The notes below the pieces were generated by a model. The model had not been told where the DNA came from. It ran no database searches and was given only the letters and a program-made list of their open reading frames with translations. From Paragordius varius (taxonomy: Eukaryota; Animalia; Nematomorpha): DNA of 64,000 bases. The stretch lies in the NCBI GenBank assembly GCA_964247055.1, contig OZ176051.1, positions 13,826,001 to 13,890,000 on the forward strand. The letters are read 5' to 3'. The first letter of the stretch is position 1, and each line of letters begins with the position of its first letter. A program made the position numbers and the translations under genes. Below, piece after piece: positions 50,126 to 62,718 of the stretch.

Positions 50126-52005
50126 TTAATTATTCTTAATTAAATTTAAAATTAATTTTCAACATGATATTTACCTGTATTTATCAAAAATGGTATCATT
50201 ATTTTATATAGTTGTTATTACTAATTAAAAAACACAGGTAAATATATATTTGTGATAATTTAAATAGATTTTATGTTTTTGTTTTTTATGTTTTTTATTG
50301 TCAATTATTAATAATTTTAATAATTATTTTGATCAGTATTTTACGCATTTAATGAACCATTTATGTTATTTGACTGGCAATAAAATTACTTAACATGCAT
50401 TAAAATGCATACTGTATATTCCGAAATGAAAATATATTAGAATTATCATGGTGCTTTTACGAGTGATTAAAAGTTATTTACAGTTTTGTGGTAAATGCTC
50501 CATACTAGAAAATTGCAAAATCGCACACTTTTTAAATATATTTTGGAAAAAAAAATGTTTTTAGGGTTGCGAAAGTTTCATTTTTTTTCTAAAATAGGGA
50601 ATTCTCTTTAAAACGCAAAAATGCCGACATTACGCCATAAATTTTAAGTTTTGTCAACTAAAAATATTTTTTTAAAAAAATCGCTACTTTTTTCTAAAGT
50701 TAAATTTTAGCAAAGAAGCGTAAACTCTTTACGTAATAAAACACGTTTTTATAATTTAATGATGCTGAATATTTCTATAACCTCATGATTAGAATACTCG
50801 TTCGTTTTCAAAAATGTTATTGTGTTTTTTTAAATTCACCAAAATTTTATGCAAACGAACATTTGAATTAAAATTCTGAAGCGAAGATAGAATAATATAG
50901 AAAAAATGTTTTTAATAGACTTAAATCGTTTTAAACCGTTTTGATCATGAACAAAATAGTATGAAGGACAGCTTTAACAAAATTTTGCTTAAAAAAAATA
51001 TTTTTAGTTATATCAAAATTTAGCATATATTTAAAAGTTTTATCGCGCAATCCCGGCATTTTTGCGTTTTCAAGAGCCCTTATAGAAAAGAGAAAAAAAT
51101 TGGGACTTTCGGTGAGCTTTGAAAGTATTGTTTTTCTTTTTATGTTATCTCTAATATTTTTTGTGGTATTTTGGGAATAAAGTCTTTAGCTTTCGCCCAA
51201 AAAATTAATGTTACCAAATTTTGCAATTCTGATATGGGGGCACAAAAGTGTACATAAATATTACTGGTCAGGGCCAAAACCAAAAGCACAATGATAATCC
51301 TGATACATATTCGTATCAGAATATATATTTAATCATGTTATTTTCTGGACACTTGTGTGGTATTTTGAAGCATGTAAGTACGGTATTAAAACATGATTTT
51401 AATAAATCTTTACAATTGTGTGATGCTGTTTTTATTACCTTAGAATTTTAAATTAATGGTTCGTTTGCTTTATTCAGGTGAAATTTTATGAAAAAAACAC
51501 CATTTATATTAAATTTAAATTTGAGGACGAATCAATTTAAAAAATTCTGGGGCGGCAAAAAATTTCAACATTATTATTATATATAAAATTGTTTTTTAAT
51601 ATTAAGCATATACCCTTTTCATCATGTATTAGATAAGTATAAAGGCTTCAGCAATATTGAGTTTGATTTTTTTTTAAAAAAAATATGTATTTTGGATGCC
51701 ATAATCTATCATATATTTATTATTTTATTGAAAAATCTTGGCATTTTTGATATTTTAAGGAACTAGTGTATTAGGGGGTAAAAAAATGGATATTTAGATG
51801 CCTCATATCTACATTTAATAAAATATAATTCTTTATATTATAGTGTATTATATATTTTAATGACATATTTTGGAACAAAGCATTAATCTTTTACTAAAAA
51901 AATTAATATTATGTAATTTTGCGATTTTTCGATAGAGAGCAAATATTTAATAAAACTCGAGCTTTTTCTCCAAAATGTATAAGAATGACATATTTATGAA
52001 TTTAA

Positions 52006-52577
52006 CACTTGGATACAACGCACTCATTTTAGTCCTTGGATTCAAATTGCGGCAGTTAGATACCCCTAAAATCAAATACTTTAAAAAATATGGAAGGAAT
52101 CGAAACCATGGCAAAATTTTGCACTTATATAACATAAATAAACCTAAATTAAAAAAAAAATTTATTCGAAAATATTTGATATTAAATATTTTAAGCTAAA
52201 ACCTAAAGGTAAAAATTTCGTCAACGTGACATGTGTCAAATGGTAAAATTAAAAATAAATACAAAATAAACCGCTTTTTCTATTTCTATCAATGTTAGAT
52301 GTAATTTATATTAAAATTTAGCTTTAGTTCTACTCTTAAAATTAAATGAAAACGATATTTTGCAGAAATTTTTAAAATAAAAATGGCGTTGAAGTAGTTT
52401 GAGATGGAACTTTTTTTTCAAAACAAAATTTTATCAAGATATTTTGGCATATTTATATAATTTTCATCAGGATAGAAGCATAAATTAAAGTTTGGACCGT
52501 TTCCTTCAGTAGTTTTTTAAAAATCCTAACTCAAATTTAGTCTGGGGTATTTAGATACCCCAATTTGAATTGAAATG
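52006..52577 (+). mobile_element. TTAA-MITE copy about 250 bp upstream of the MRT4 ATG
   Basis: TTAA|CACTTGGATAC ... GAAATG|TTAA. Confidence 0.82.
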
Positions 52578-52823
52578 TTAAATATATATATATATATATA
52601 TATATTATGTATATTTATTTACACCTGCCGCGCAGTGTTACTATTAAAATTAATCTGCTAAGGATTATATATTTCACTATATTTTTATAGTGAATACCAA
52701 TTAATCATAAACAAGTCAAGTATTAAAATATTACCCAAGTCGGCAAAAAATGAAAAGTTTATAAACGTTTTAAAAAATGTCACATCCAATAAACTAGAAG
52801 GACCACTATTTTACGAACGGTTC

Positions 52824-55581
52824 ATGCCGAAATCAAAGCGTAATAAGCAAGGTTAGCTTATAATTTATAATTAAGTTTCCTTAACCAAAGTTACAAAAAA
52901 GGGATTGCCATTTAAACAAAAGTTGTTTGAACAAGTTGAAATAATATAATATTAGATTCAATCTCACGTTGAAAATTTTCCTTACATATATTTAATTAAA
53001 TGTTACAATGTTAAAAATGTTCAACTCAAAGATTTACGGGAAGAATGGAAACCAAGCAAGTATATTTTTTCTCTATTTTATAGATTTTTATTTTGTAAAA
53101 ACTCGCTTGTTTCTGTGGCTTTTGGTAAATCGATAGAGTCTGAATATAAAAAAGGGTTGTCCATTCTTACCAACAAATTGCAAGGTCAATGTGGACTTTT
53201 ATTTACAGATAAAACGCCTGACATTGTTTCTGAGTATTTTTTTTTTCATATAAATTTTTATAGATATTTTCAAAACTTTTCTCATGACAATTTTGCGCGA
53301 TATAAATTGTCCTCACCTAAAACCATTGTGATTCCCCAAGGAGTTTTGCCTGATTTATCTCACGTTCACTTTAAATTTTTGGAAAATCTTAGTTTACCTG
53401 TTAAACTTGAAAAAAGTTTTTTTGTTATTTATAATAACGCATTTTAGATAAAATAATTTTTACCGAAAATTACACACTTTGCATGGAAGGAGAAAAGTTA
53501 ACCATCGATCAAGCCAAATTATTAGTAATTATATATGTACTCTAAATTTTATTAATTTTGGCTTATCACAAAAACATGTTACATTAGTTTTTCGAAAATT
53601 GAAAATAAAAATGTTGTTTTTACATCAGAAAAGTTATAACGATAAGCGTCTTGTTTTAAGCTGTATTATATATATGGTCTGTTGTCATAAATAATTTATA
53701 TACATAGTATATATATATATTATATTCTATAAAACACCATATATTAATCATTTAATTTAAGATGATTTATCTTATCTTTTTTGATATTTGATATTCTCCA
53801 TATAAAAACTATAACTTTAAAAGTAAAATATTTTAAATGAATGAAAAGGTGTTAGATTTAATTTTTACCTGATAGAGTTTAACATCACAAGGGCCAACGT
53901 GCGACCCTTCGATTCCCTGTGCTGCCCATGAAAAAAATTAAAACAAACCCAATTAAAATCATAATTTGCAAAAATAGTAAAATTATCATTGATCGACATA
54001 AGGTTAATCGAACAATATGTTTTTTTCTCAGAATGAATTTTCAGTATTTCGATAAATTATATGTATTTAATATAAACATATATTATTACAGAATGTAGTT
54101 TAAATTAATCATAAATACACCATCTTTAATATCTGTCATTAATTTAAATTTTAATCGCAAACATGCACATGATCATTCAAAAAATTAATTTATTACACGA
54201 TGTAATCTACATCTCTATTTTTACTTTAGGAAATATATATAGTTTTTAAAATTTAACTATAGCCATTATTGAATATTTGGGTATTTTAATTGGATGATCT
54301 TATTGATATTATGAATGGTTAAATATTTCGATTCCTTATGCCGACAGGAATGAAATATTATGTTGGCATAATTTGAATGATATCTAAAGAAAAAAGGGCA
54401 GTAAATTATTTTAATCAATCAAAATATTGAAAAGTTGAATGATAGCTTTTTTTACTGCAGGATGATATATTATATATATTCATAAAAATCATTACCAGTT
54501 TAACTAAGAGTACACGTGTTAAAGAAAAAAATATACGCAGACGATTGTATTTGATACATACCCCATTTTGTTCATCTGACATTAAACGATAAATAAACAC
54601 ACAAGTTAAGTTTACCAAATTTATCATTCAGGAATCTTATTGAATTATGTTTACGGACGAAACATTTGCGACACGCATTGTTATTAGAGAAAAAGGCTGT
54701 TGAAAGTTATACCTTGCTACTAAAACACAGCACACTCTATTAATTATAAATAAAACATGGTGAGTTTTAAATATCAAACGTTTTAAATCCATTTAAAAGA
54801 GTGGGGGCGCTCACCTAAATCATACAACAGCTAAAACGCTAAAGTGCAGGAGTTGTCTGATAATGGTATGGGAAAGACGAACAATCTCGATAAATCGATC
54901 CCATACAATTTGGAAAAACGTCTAATTGAAAATTGCACAGACTTGTAATATCCTGCTCACACGTTACGTAAAGAATTCATTTGCATCGGATTGGGATGAG
55001 TAATTGTTTTATTTGACTTAAGGGAAAAAATTGTGGTTTTTATGTCAATCCGTTACATCCACATAAAACCAAATAGCATAAGAGAACGGTATTGAGTATA
55101 ATCGACTTATCGATTCCCGACAATCGCCAACAAATACCTAATTAAAACCATGTAATTGAAAAAAATAATCTGAAATTGAAAAAATATGGCAAAACGAATT
55201 CGCTACATCACAATGCTTCATCTCGACAGCAAAATCAGTAACAGAGATTTTTGTTCGTTTGCGCATTTACTTTCCTGACCTGGCACTATCTCACTAATAC
55301 AACTTAGCAATGCGCCTATCATTCCTCAGATTGTATCATTTGGATATTACCCGAGATAGCGAAATGTCTAAAACCGATATATACATTTTAGTTATTCGTT
55401 AAAAACTTATGTTCACACATGGTATATCCGTATTTCTTTTAACTCATAAAAATATTTTTTCCTTGTTTTATGTCAATTATATTTCCTATTGCAGAAACTG
55501 TTCAACAAACCCGTAGCGCAATTCAAAATCGCAGTTTTGGGTTATTGGTCGGCTCAGGAAGCAAGTTATGTGGATATGTAA
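52824..55581 (+). CDS. MRTO4: mRNA turnover protein 4 / 60S ribosome assembly factor (uL10/P0-like), 7 exons, 218 aa
   Basis: Exons 52824-52851, 52876-52934, 52956-53059, 53084-53233, 53264-53415, 53448-53524, 55495-55581 (657 nt). Spliced protein begins MPKSKRNKQVSLTKV, contains LKDLREEWKPSKFLFCKN, GQCGLLFT and CMEGEKLTIDQAKLL, and ends KLFNKPVAQFKIAVLGYWSAQEASYVDM*. Confidence 0.93.
52852..52875 (+). other. 24-nt intron (MRT4 intron 1)
   Basis: gttagcttataatttataattaag; in-frame TAG if retained. Confidence 0.9.
52935..52955 (+). other. 21-nt intron (MRT4 intron 2)
   Basis: gttgaaataatataatattag; in-frame TAA if retained; spliced KQKLFEQ-IQSHVENF matches the Mrt4 family pattern without a gap. 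Confidence 0.85.
53060..53083 (+). other. 24-nt intron (MRT4 intron 3)
   Basis: gtatattttttctctattttatag; removal gives WKPSKFLFCKN (family WK.SR.F.GKN). Confidence 0.8.
53234..53263 (+). other. 30-nt intron (MRT4 intron 4)
   Basis: T-rich GT...AG; removal gives VSEYFQNFSHDNFAR. Confidence 0.75.
53416..53447 (+). other. 32-nt intron (MRT4 intron 5)
   Basis: gtttttttgttatttataataacgcattttag; needed to reach the CMEGEKLT frame. Confidence 0.85.
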
Positions 55582-56640
55582 TGAAAAAACAATGTAATAA
55601 ATTTAAACATGTTCTTACATCTATTCATATCATATTACATGCATAAACATTTATGGGGGGCACATTCTCTTATTGATTTTTTGGCTAAGCGATGTTATAA
55701 AAAATGTATTTCACATTTTTTTCTTATTATATTTTACATTTTATCGATTTCTCTCATGTGTAAATAAATAAATGTTGTACTAAACTAAGAAATATATAAC
55801 ACAGGAGGAATTTTAACTAAACGTAGACGGCTAAGAGTTCCGTTTTTATGGTGTTGCGCAAATATTTAATATTCAATTATTTAGAAATTGTGTGGTGAAA
55901 GAGACATCATATAATCCTCATTTCCTTCCTTGTGATTTTAGTTGTAATTTATTTTTTTAATGTATAATGTTTATATTTATGTGTGGTGGGGTGTTTGGAT
56001 GCTTACAAAATATGAATCAAAAATATATATATATATGTATATAAAAGTGTAGTGATATAATAATAAGAATAATATGGATATTAAGTTTAATAATATACAG
56101 CTAAGGTATGTATGTATATATATAAAGTTATAAAGATACATAGTTTGTGTTCTCGTTAATTAAAGCTATATTCATCTCATCACCAAATTAGGAATATATT
56201 GTAATTAGACAGACAAACAGAAGAGTTTTTATTAAATGAATTAATGGGGATATTAAGTTTGGTTTTTGGTGAAAATATAAATATTACACATTCATTTCAA
56301 AAATAAAGGCAAGGTAGGGTCTATTTAAACATGTACAATATAGCAGGAGAAAATAAACTATTACAAATGAATAACCAAAATATCACATGGTGTGCACATT
56401 AAACATTAAAGAGAAAAGCTATATATGGCAACAGAACATAATCTTATTTAAGGCGCAAAAAAGTTAACTAATCAGAGATTACAAATTTATTAATGATGGT
56501 GTGTAGGTTGTTGTTATATATAGGTAGGAAGAATATTATTATGATTATTAATGATAATTAATAAAATAAATGATACAGGCAACGAATATATAGTGGGTAA
56601 AATTAGCAGCAGCAGAGAGAATGAATATTGTCAAACAATT

Positions 56641-57521
56641 TTAATTTGGTTCTGGGTTATTTTCGTCTTCAGGGTCATTTCCGGCATCCGAGGTCCAAAG
56701 CTAAATGATATAAGTTATACATAAATTAATCAAAAGAACGCCTTAAAATAAAAAATAAATGTAAAGTTTTTTTTAAAAAAGTATACCGTTAAGTTATCCC
56801 TCAAAAGCTGCATAATTAATGTGCTATCTTTATAAGAATCCTCATTCAAAGTATCCAACTCAGCAATGGCGTCATCAAAAGCCTGTTTGGCCAGCTGACA
56901 AGCCTTATCAGGCGAATTCAAAATTTCATAGTAAAAAACTGAAAAGTTAAGAGCCAATCCCAAACGAATAGGATGAGTTGGTTGCATCTTTTCCTTACTA
57001 ATTTCAAATGCTTCTTGATATGCCTTTTGCGAATTATCGACAATTTCTGAAACATTAAAGAAAAAATGAACCTGAACGATTTTCCCCAGTTGCTACTTCA
57101 GCCAAGTATCGGTAATAATCACCCTTCATTTTGAGGTAAAACACTTTGCTTTCCGGATTTTGGGCTTTGGGTATAAGGTATTTATCCAATAAACCCTAAA
57201 TATTATGAGTCATAATAGTACCAAGACGTCATAGCAAATTTCCGATAATTCTTTTTCAACCTTCTCGCGATAACTTTTGGCCATTTGTTGTTTGGATTCG
57301 CTGTTTTCTGCCTTTTGCTCAATACTGGAAATAACTCTCCAACTGCTACGTCGGGCACCAACAACATTTTTGTAAGCGACAGATAACAAATTTCTTTCTT
57401 CATTTGTCAACTCCTCTCCCGTTTCTGTAACGGCTTTCATAGCCTGAGCCATATCATCGTATCTTTCAGCTTGTTCGGCTAATTTGGCTTTTTGCACCAA
57501 TTCTTCTTTGTTAGATGTCAT
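56641..57521 (-). CDS. YWHAZ: 14-3-3 protein, zeta-like, 4 coding exons, 247 aa
   Basis: Exons 57222-57521, 57072-57195, 56787-57046, 56641-56700. Near-invariant motifs: [81 protein letters not shown]. Confidence 0.97.
57047..57071 (-). other. 25-nt intron (14-3-3)
   Basis: gttcattttttctttaatgtttcag; removal gives [14 protein letters not shown]. Confidence 0.92.
57196..57221 (-). other. 26-nt intron (14-3-3)
   Basis: gtactattatgactcataatatttag; removal gives CYDVL-GLLDKYL. Confidence 0.92.
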
Positions 57522-57680
57522 TGTTGTTAATCTGTAATGATATAATAATATTTAAAACAAGTTATGTTTGATATCTATTATTTAACCTTATATAATATTT
57601 AGTGTAAAACAAAATTTACTTGGTAAAAGAATGTTACGAGTATATAGGAAACAGATGAAAATAACAGCACAATTAAATTA

Positions 57681-57704
57681 TGACGTCAGTGTTACCGTGG
57701 TAAC
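57681..57704. promoter_or_regulatory. CRE (TGACGTCA) next to an RFX X-box-like palindrome (GTTACCGTGGTAAC), upstream of 14-3-3
   Basis: Motif match only; 160-183 bp upstream of the ATG. Confidence 0.4.
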
Positions 57705-60547
57705 GATAAATGCTTAAATTATTTAATGGTTACAATCTATCTCATTTTTATATCAAATTTAAAAATTATTATAAAACATGCATGTGATTGCAATGTATTG
57801 TGAGATAAATTTGATAAGTTTGCAAATACGACTTTACACTGTAGTTATATGTTAAATAATGTTTTAATAGGTATTATTAACAATTTTTGAAAGACTAAAA
57901 ATTTAGTTCAAATATACTGCCGCAAATGAAAATGCATCGATTGGATGGATATATACAATAGATACGAAATTCGTCATTTTCATGATCTTGACCCGCTTTA
58001 TTATCTAGGTACCCCAAATATTTAAGTTGGTATTAATAAACTAAAAAAAGAAAAGATACCAATTTATGCGTATTCTGTTATCCTAATAAAAATTATATGT
58101 ATAGGCTTAAATATTTATATAAAATTAAGGTTTGAAAATAATTCATATTAAAATAAGTAATATCAAGTATTTTTGAATAATATATATTTTGGTTTAATAA
58201 TGTTATATAAGTGCAAAATTTTGCCATGGTTTCGATTTCCATATTTTTGAAGATTATTTTAAACAGGCCTGAGGTATTTAACTACCCCAATTTGAATCGA
58301 AGGACTAAAATGAATGTGTTTTATCCAAGTGTTAATTAAGTTATTTTATGAAAAGGTAAACGCTCCGTTCAAAAAAACACTCAAATATACTAAAATACCA
58401 TGTAAAAAAACAAACATATACTTTTATTCTTTAGATAAAATTAAGGCAAAATTAAGAAATTGCCCGATAATTTTAAATATATGCTAAGTTTCAATGACAA
58501 AAAGTGTTTTTCCCGAAAGAAATAATATTCTGCTTAAATTTAATTTATATCTCTAAAGTAGCATGGTGGGAACAGTATTAATACATTCATCCAGAGAGTT
58601 CGATTATGCTGATTTCGCGAGAGAATTTTGATTAATATATTCCTGTTTTCAAATTTTTGTTATAATCCTTTTTTGAAAAACCCAAATTTTATAAACAGGC
58701 TTTAAAAATTCTTAGGGAACAGAAATGTTCATCAACAACGAAATATATAGATATCATCTTAAAACGTTTACCGTTTGCCTTATGCCTCAAAATAGTATGA
58801 AATACTTTTAACAAATTTTACTAAAATTAAAATTTTGAGCAAAACATCCATTTTTTTGGAAGAACAGTTTTAATGTCTAATCATAGACTTTTGGAGACCA
58901 CATCCAAAAAGTATTTTATAAAAATGTTGTTTTTCTTTTTATATGCAGTTTATGATATATTTTAGAGATTACGGAAATAACAAATTTGTATCTAAACTAC
59001 TTGATAATTATAAATCAAATAAATTTCAACAAAACTATTATTTTAGTAGATGGAATAAATATTTAACTTTAAAAAATGATCAAATTTTTACTGAAATACC
59101 ATTAATTTATTTTGTATTAATTTTAAGTTTTTGATGCCTACTTAAAAATAAAACTTTGAAAAAGATCAAATTTTTAATATAATATCATAAATTTATTTTT
59201 TGTTAATTTAGATTTCAAAGCCACTTTTGCAAAGGCCCTGAGTGAAAGGGCACTTTGCCTAAATGTTGCGATGAAGTTGAGATTGTTATTGAAGGAATGG
59301 CTGCATTCATAAGCGGTTTGACCGGTCCAAAACCCAATTCAATGTGCAATTAGAGCGGAAAATAAAATATAAACGAATTAAAATAGGCTGTACCGCAAAA
59401 GACACCATTTTTTTTACAAATGACAGTTATTTTAACAGGGGATACTCTAAATTCTACAATAAATTTTTTGTATATCAAAAATATTTAATTTATACATGCA
59501 TAAAAATTATATTTTTTTAAAACTTTAAAAAGCAGTACAAAAGTGCAGTTTTTTTCGATATCCCATGCTGTACTGCGAAAAACAACCTATGTGGTCACAT
59601 CATTCTAAAGTCTAAAATTGGGACAGCTCCAAAACACGAATTAAAATATATCTAATTTTGCTGGTAAATTGTAGTCTGAAAGCTTTTTAAAGTTAATTAT
59701 TCACATTGTCTAATTATAATTATACATGACTGTTGCATCGATATAAAAAATTGAAAACCAGGATTTATTTACAATTATATTTTTTAGAAAATTTATTTAG
59801 TATAATGCGCCTAAGCTAAGGAATTGGGCTTAATCTTTAATTTCCTATTAAGATATTCTCAAATCTCTCGGGAATCAAATTACCCTAAAAGGCCATGGAG
59901 TGTTAAGTATAATATTCATTAAACAGAAAAGTGAATTATGTATTATTTTTTATTTAACAGACACATGTCATTTGATATCTTTACTTTATAGTTTTTCCTG
60001 AAAAACGTAATATTATTTATATAAAATCATTTTATTTTTCGGTGCATCGATGTTATATAAGTGCAAACTTTTGCAATGGTTTTAATTAGTCCCATATTTG
60101 AAATATTTGATTTTAAACAGGGCTGGAGTTCCCAAGACCCCAATTCGAATGCAGAATAGGAACGAATGTGTTGTGGCCTGTCAAAGTAAAAGCATCTAAC
60201 ATTTTAGCAAAATAGGAAATTAAAATGAATCAATTACCCCAAAAGTGGTAACTATTTTATCTCATCCAAGGCTCGAAAAAGGAACTATTTCTGATGCATC
60301 AATCTATCAGAAAAATATTTTATCAGGGTTCACTATGTATATTACATCACAGTAAACAAAATTGGAGGGTAATATGATAAAAAATGTTCAAGGCATGTTT
60401 TAATTTTTCGTTACGAGTAAACTTAGAAGTTGTTTTTTTTACCTTTGTGGTATCATTCCATATGAATGGTAAAAATAGCGCACAATTGCCAAATTAAATT
60501 TGGTGCAAGCTTAACTCATTGCGACAGCTTAACTGCAGTGTTTAAGA

Positions 60548-60828
60548 GAGGGGTATTCAACTTGCGGCCCAGGAAAGTTTTAACAAATTACCAAATATAC
60601 TCAAGATTTCTTTGCGAAAATATTAACGATATCCTAGCAAGATTAATATTTGAACACGTTTTCCATATAAGTCTTTCCAAATTTTGACACTAAAAGGGCA
60701 TTTATACTTTCTTCGTTATTTTTTTGTTAGCTTCAAAACTATTATGATATTTATGAATAAATTTCAACAGATGCGACGTCATTTTGAGTCAAAAATATGG
60801 CCCATGAAGCCATTTGTGTTGGCCCCTG
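60548..60828. mobile_element. hAT (Charlie-like) MITE, degenerate
   Basis: GAGGGGTATTCAACTTGCGGCCC ... GGCCCCTG; 8-bp TSD GTTTAAGA/GTCTAAGA; a related right end lies at about 30680-30722. Confidence 0.7.
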
Positions 60829-62203
60829 GTCTAAGAATCAAATTCACTGTCTTTTTTTAAGCTTTTCGTATAACTGTAACCTCTATTACGGATATTATTT
60901 ACTATATCGAAAACCGTTTTAATTACGAAATTAATTCCTTAATATTACGGGCAGGAATAAATAAAATAATAATTGGCGTATAAACTGTAGTTTTTTAAAA
61001 AGAAAAAACTTTGTATTGACTTCTATTATAACGAACAACCATCCGTATATAAAAATATTATTTTCTATCATTAAAGTAATTAGACTAAGTACTAACACCT
61101 TCTTAATAATGTCAATCGAAATCTTAGATATTTCTCGTTAATTTTGATGTAATTACAAAATCTTGCAAATATAGCACACATTGTGGTGTAAAACAAATTA
61201 TAAGTACCACAATCAATATAAAAAACCAAAATATTTGTGATATCCTAGAGGTAAAAATGTATTTTAAATCTAAATTTAACATATCGTCTATGGATCGAGT
61301 ATATATTGTATAAAAATCCTAAAGTTTTTTACATGATTTTTACATATATAAGAGTGGAATCACTAATTATACGATTTTCTCCGCCTCAATATCGGTATAT
61401 CCATTTAAATATGTCTTGTACATTGTGGTATAAATATTCGACGTTAAAATTTAGAATAGAAAATATATTCGACGGTCTAAAACGAGATGGATGATACAAT
61501 AATAAGAGAATAGCAAAAGATCAACTAAAAGCGGAAGACGATATAGATAGAGTTCAATGGTCAGACAGGTTAAATGACTGTGCTCACGATTCAGAAATTA
61601 ATAAATTCTATCAAAACCGCAATTCAAAATTTATCATTTAAATATCTTTCTAACCAACCATTTAATAAAAGAATTAACTTGACTCAAAATAATTCAGGGC
61701 CACATAAAAGCACACTTAGCAAGGTTGAATAATTAGGAATAGAGAGACGTAAATGGGTAGCGCAGTCAATTGGACATTTTCCGATTGCCAATATCAAATC
61801 AACGTTTTAAAAGGTCGTTTGATTTATAATAAAGTATTTTTTTTATCTTTTACATTTTGTATTAATTTTAAGTGTTATAGCCATTCCATGAAACAATATA
61901 GTGGTGACAAGCTATTTTACTTGGAAAATATCCCTGTAGATATTGCATAATTAATATTAATCAGGCCAACTGTTAATATAACAATAACTTTTATATTTAG
62001 TTGTCTATTTTTACGAGATTCATGGGTAAAATATAATGATTCAATACAACCAGAAAAAGCTTATTGTTTTATACAATCAATCTATTTCAAACAAGAGAAA
62101 ACCCAAACGAATGGATTTTGTTGTATGTGTTGTGTTGTACTGCAATTATTGCACATTCATTTTTTGTTTGTTACTATCAGGGTATATAAAAATCTTTTGT
62201 TAA

Positions 62204-62692
62204 CACTTCGCAAATTGGGTATCTAAATACCCCAGAATTAATTTGAGTTAGGATTTTACAAAACTACTGAAGGAAACGGTCCCAATTTAAATTTATGCTT
62301 CTATCATAATAAAAATTATATAAATATGCTAAAATATCTTAATAAAATTTTGTTTTGGAAAAAAAGTTACATGTCTAACTACTTAGATGCCATTTTTATT
62401 TTATGAATTTTTGCAAAATATCTTCTTCATTTAATTTTAAGGGTAAAATTAAAGCTAATTTTTTTTTAAATTACATCTAACATTGATAATAAAAAAAAAC
62501 GGTTTATTTTGTATTATTTTTTTAATTTTACCTTTGCACACAAGTCACGTTGACTAAATTTTTACCTTTGGTTTTAGCTTAAAATAAGTAATATTAAGAT
62601 TTTTGAATAAATTTTTTTATATATTTCGGTTTATCAATGTTATATAAGTGCATATGATGGAAGGACTATAATGAATGTGTTGTATCCAAGTA
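62204..62692 (-). mobile_element. TTAA-MITE copy with internal deletion
   Basis: TTAA|CACTTCG ... TCCAAGTA|TTAA. Confidence 0.78.
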
Positions 62693-62718
62693 TTAACATT
62701 AAAGTGGGTTAATTATTA

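Noticed and set aside
52728-52742. TTACCCAAGT resembling part of the nematode SL1 leader upstream of MRT4
   Set aside because: Only 10 nt match, with no following donor or Sm site; expected by chance in AT-rich DNA.
53525-53694. Apparent continuation of MRT4 (NFGLSQKHVTL..) requiring a non-AG acceptor
   Set aside because: A canonical, better-matching terminal exon exists at 55495-55581.
53885-53932. TTCGATTCCC resembling a tRNA T-loop
   Set aside because: Flanks (GACCC / CCCTG) do not pair, and no cloverleaf or A-box was found.
54459-54580. C/D-box snoRNA candidate (GGATGATA ... CTGA)
   Set aside because: Imperfect C box, no terminal stem and no identifiable rRNA guide.
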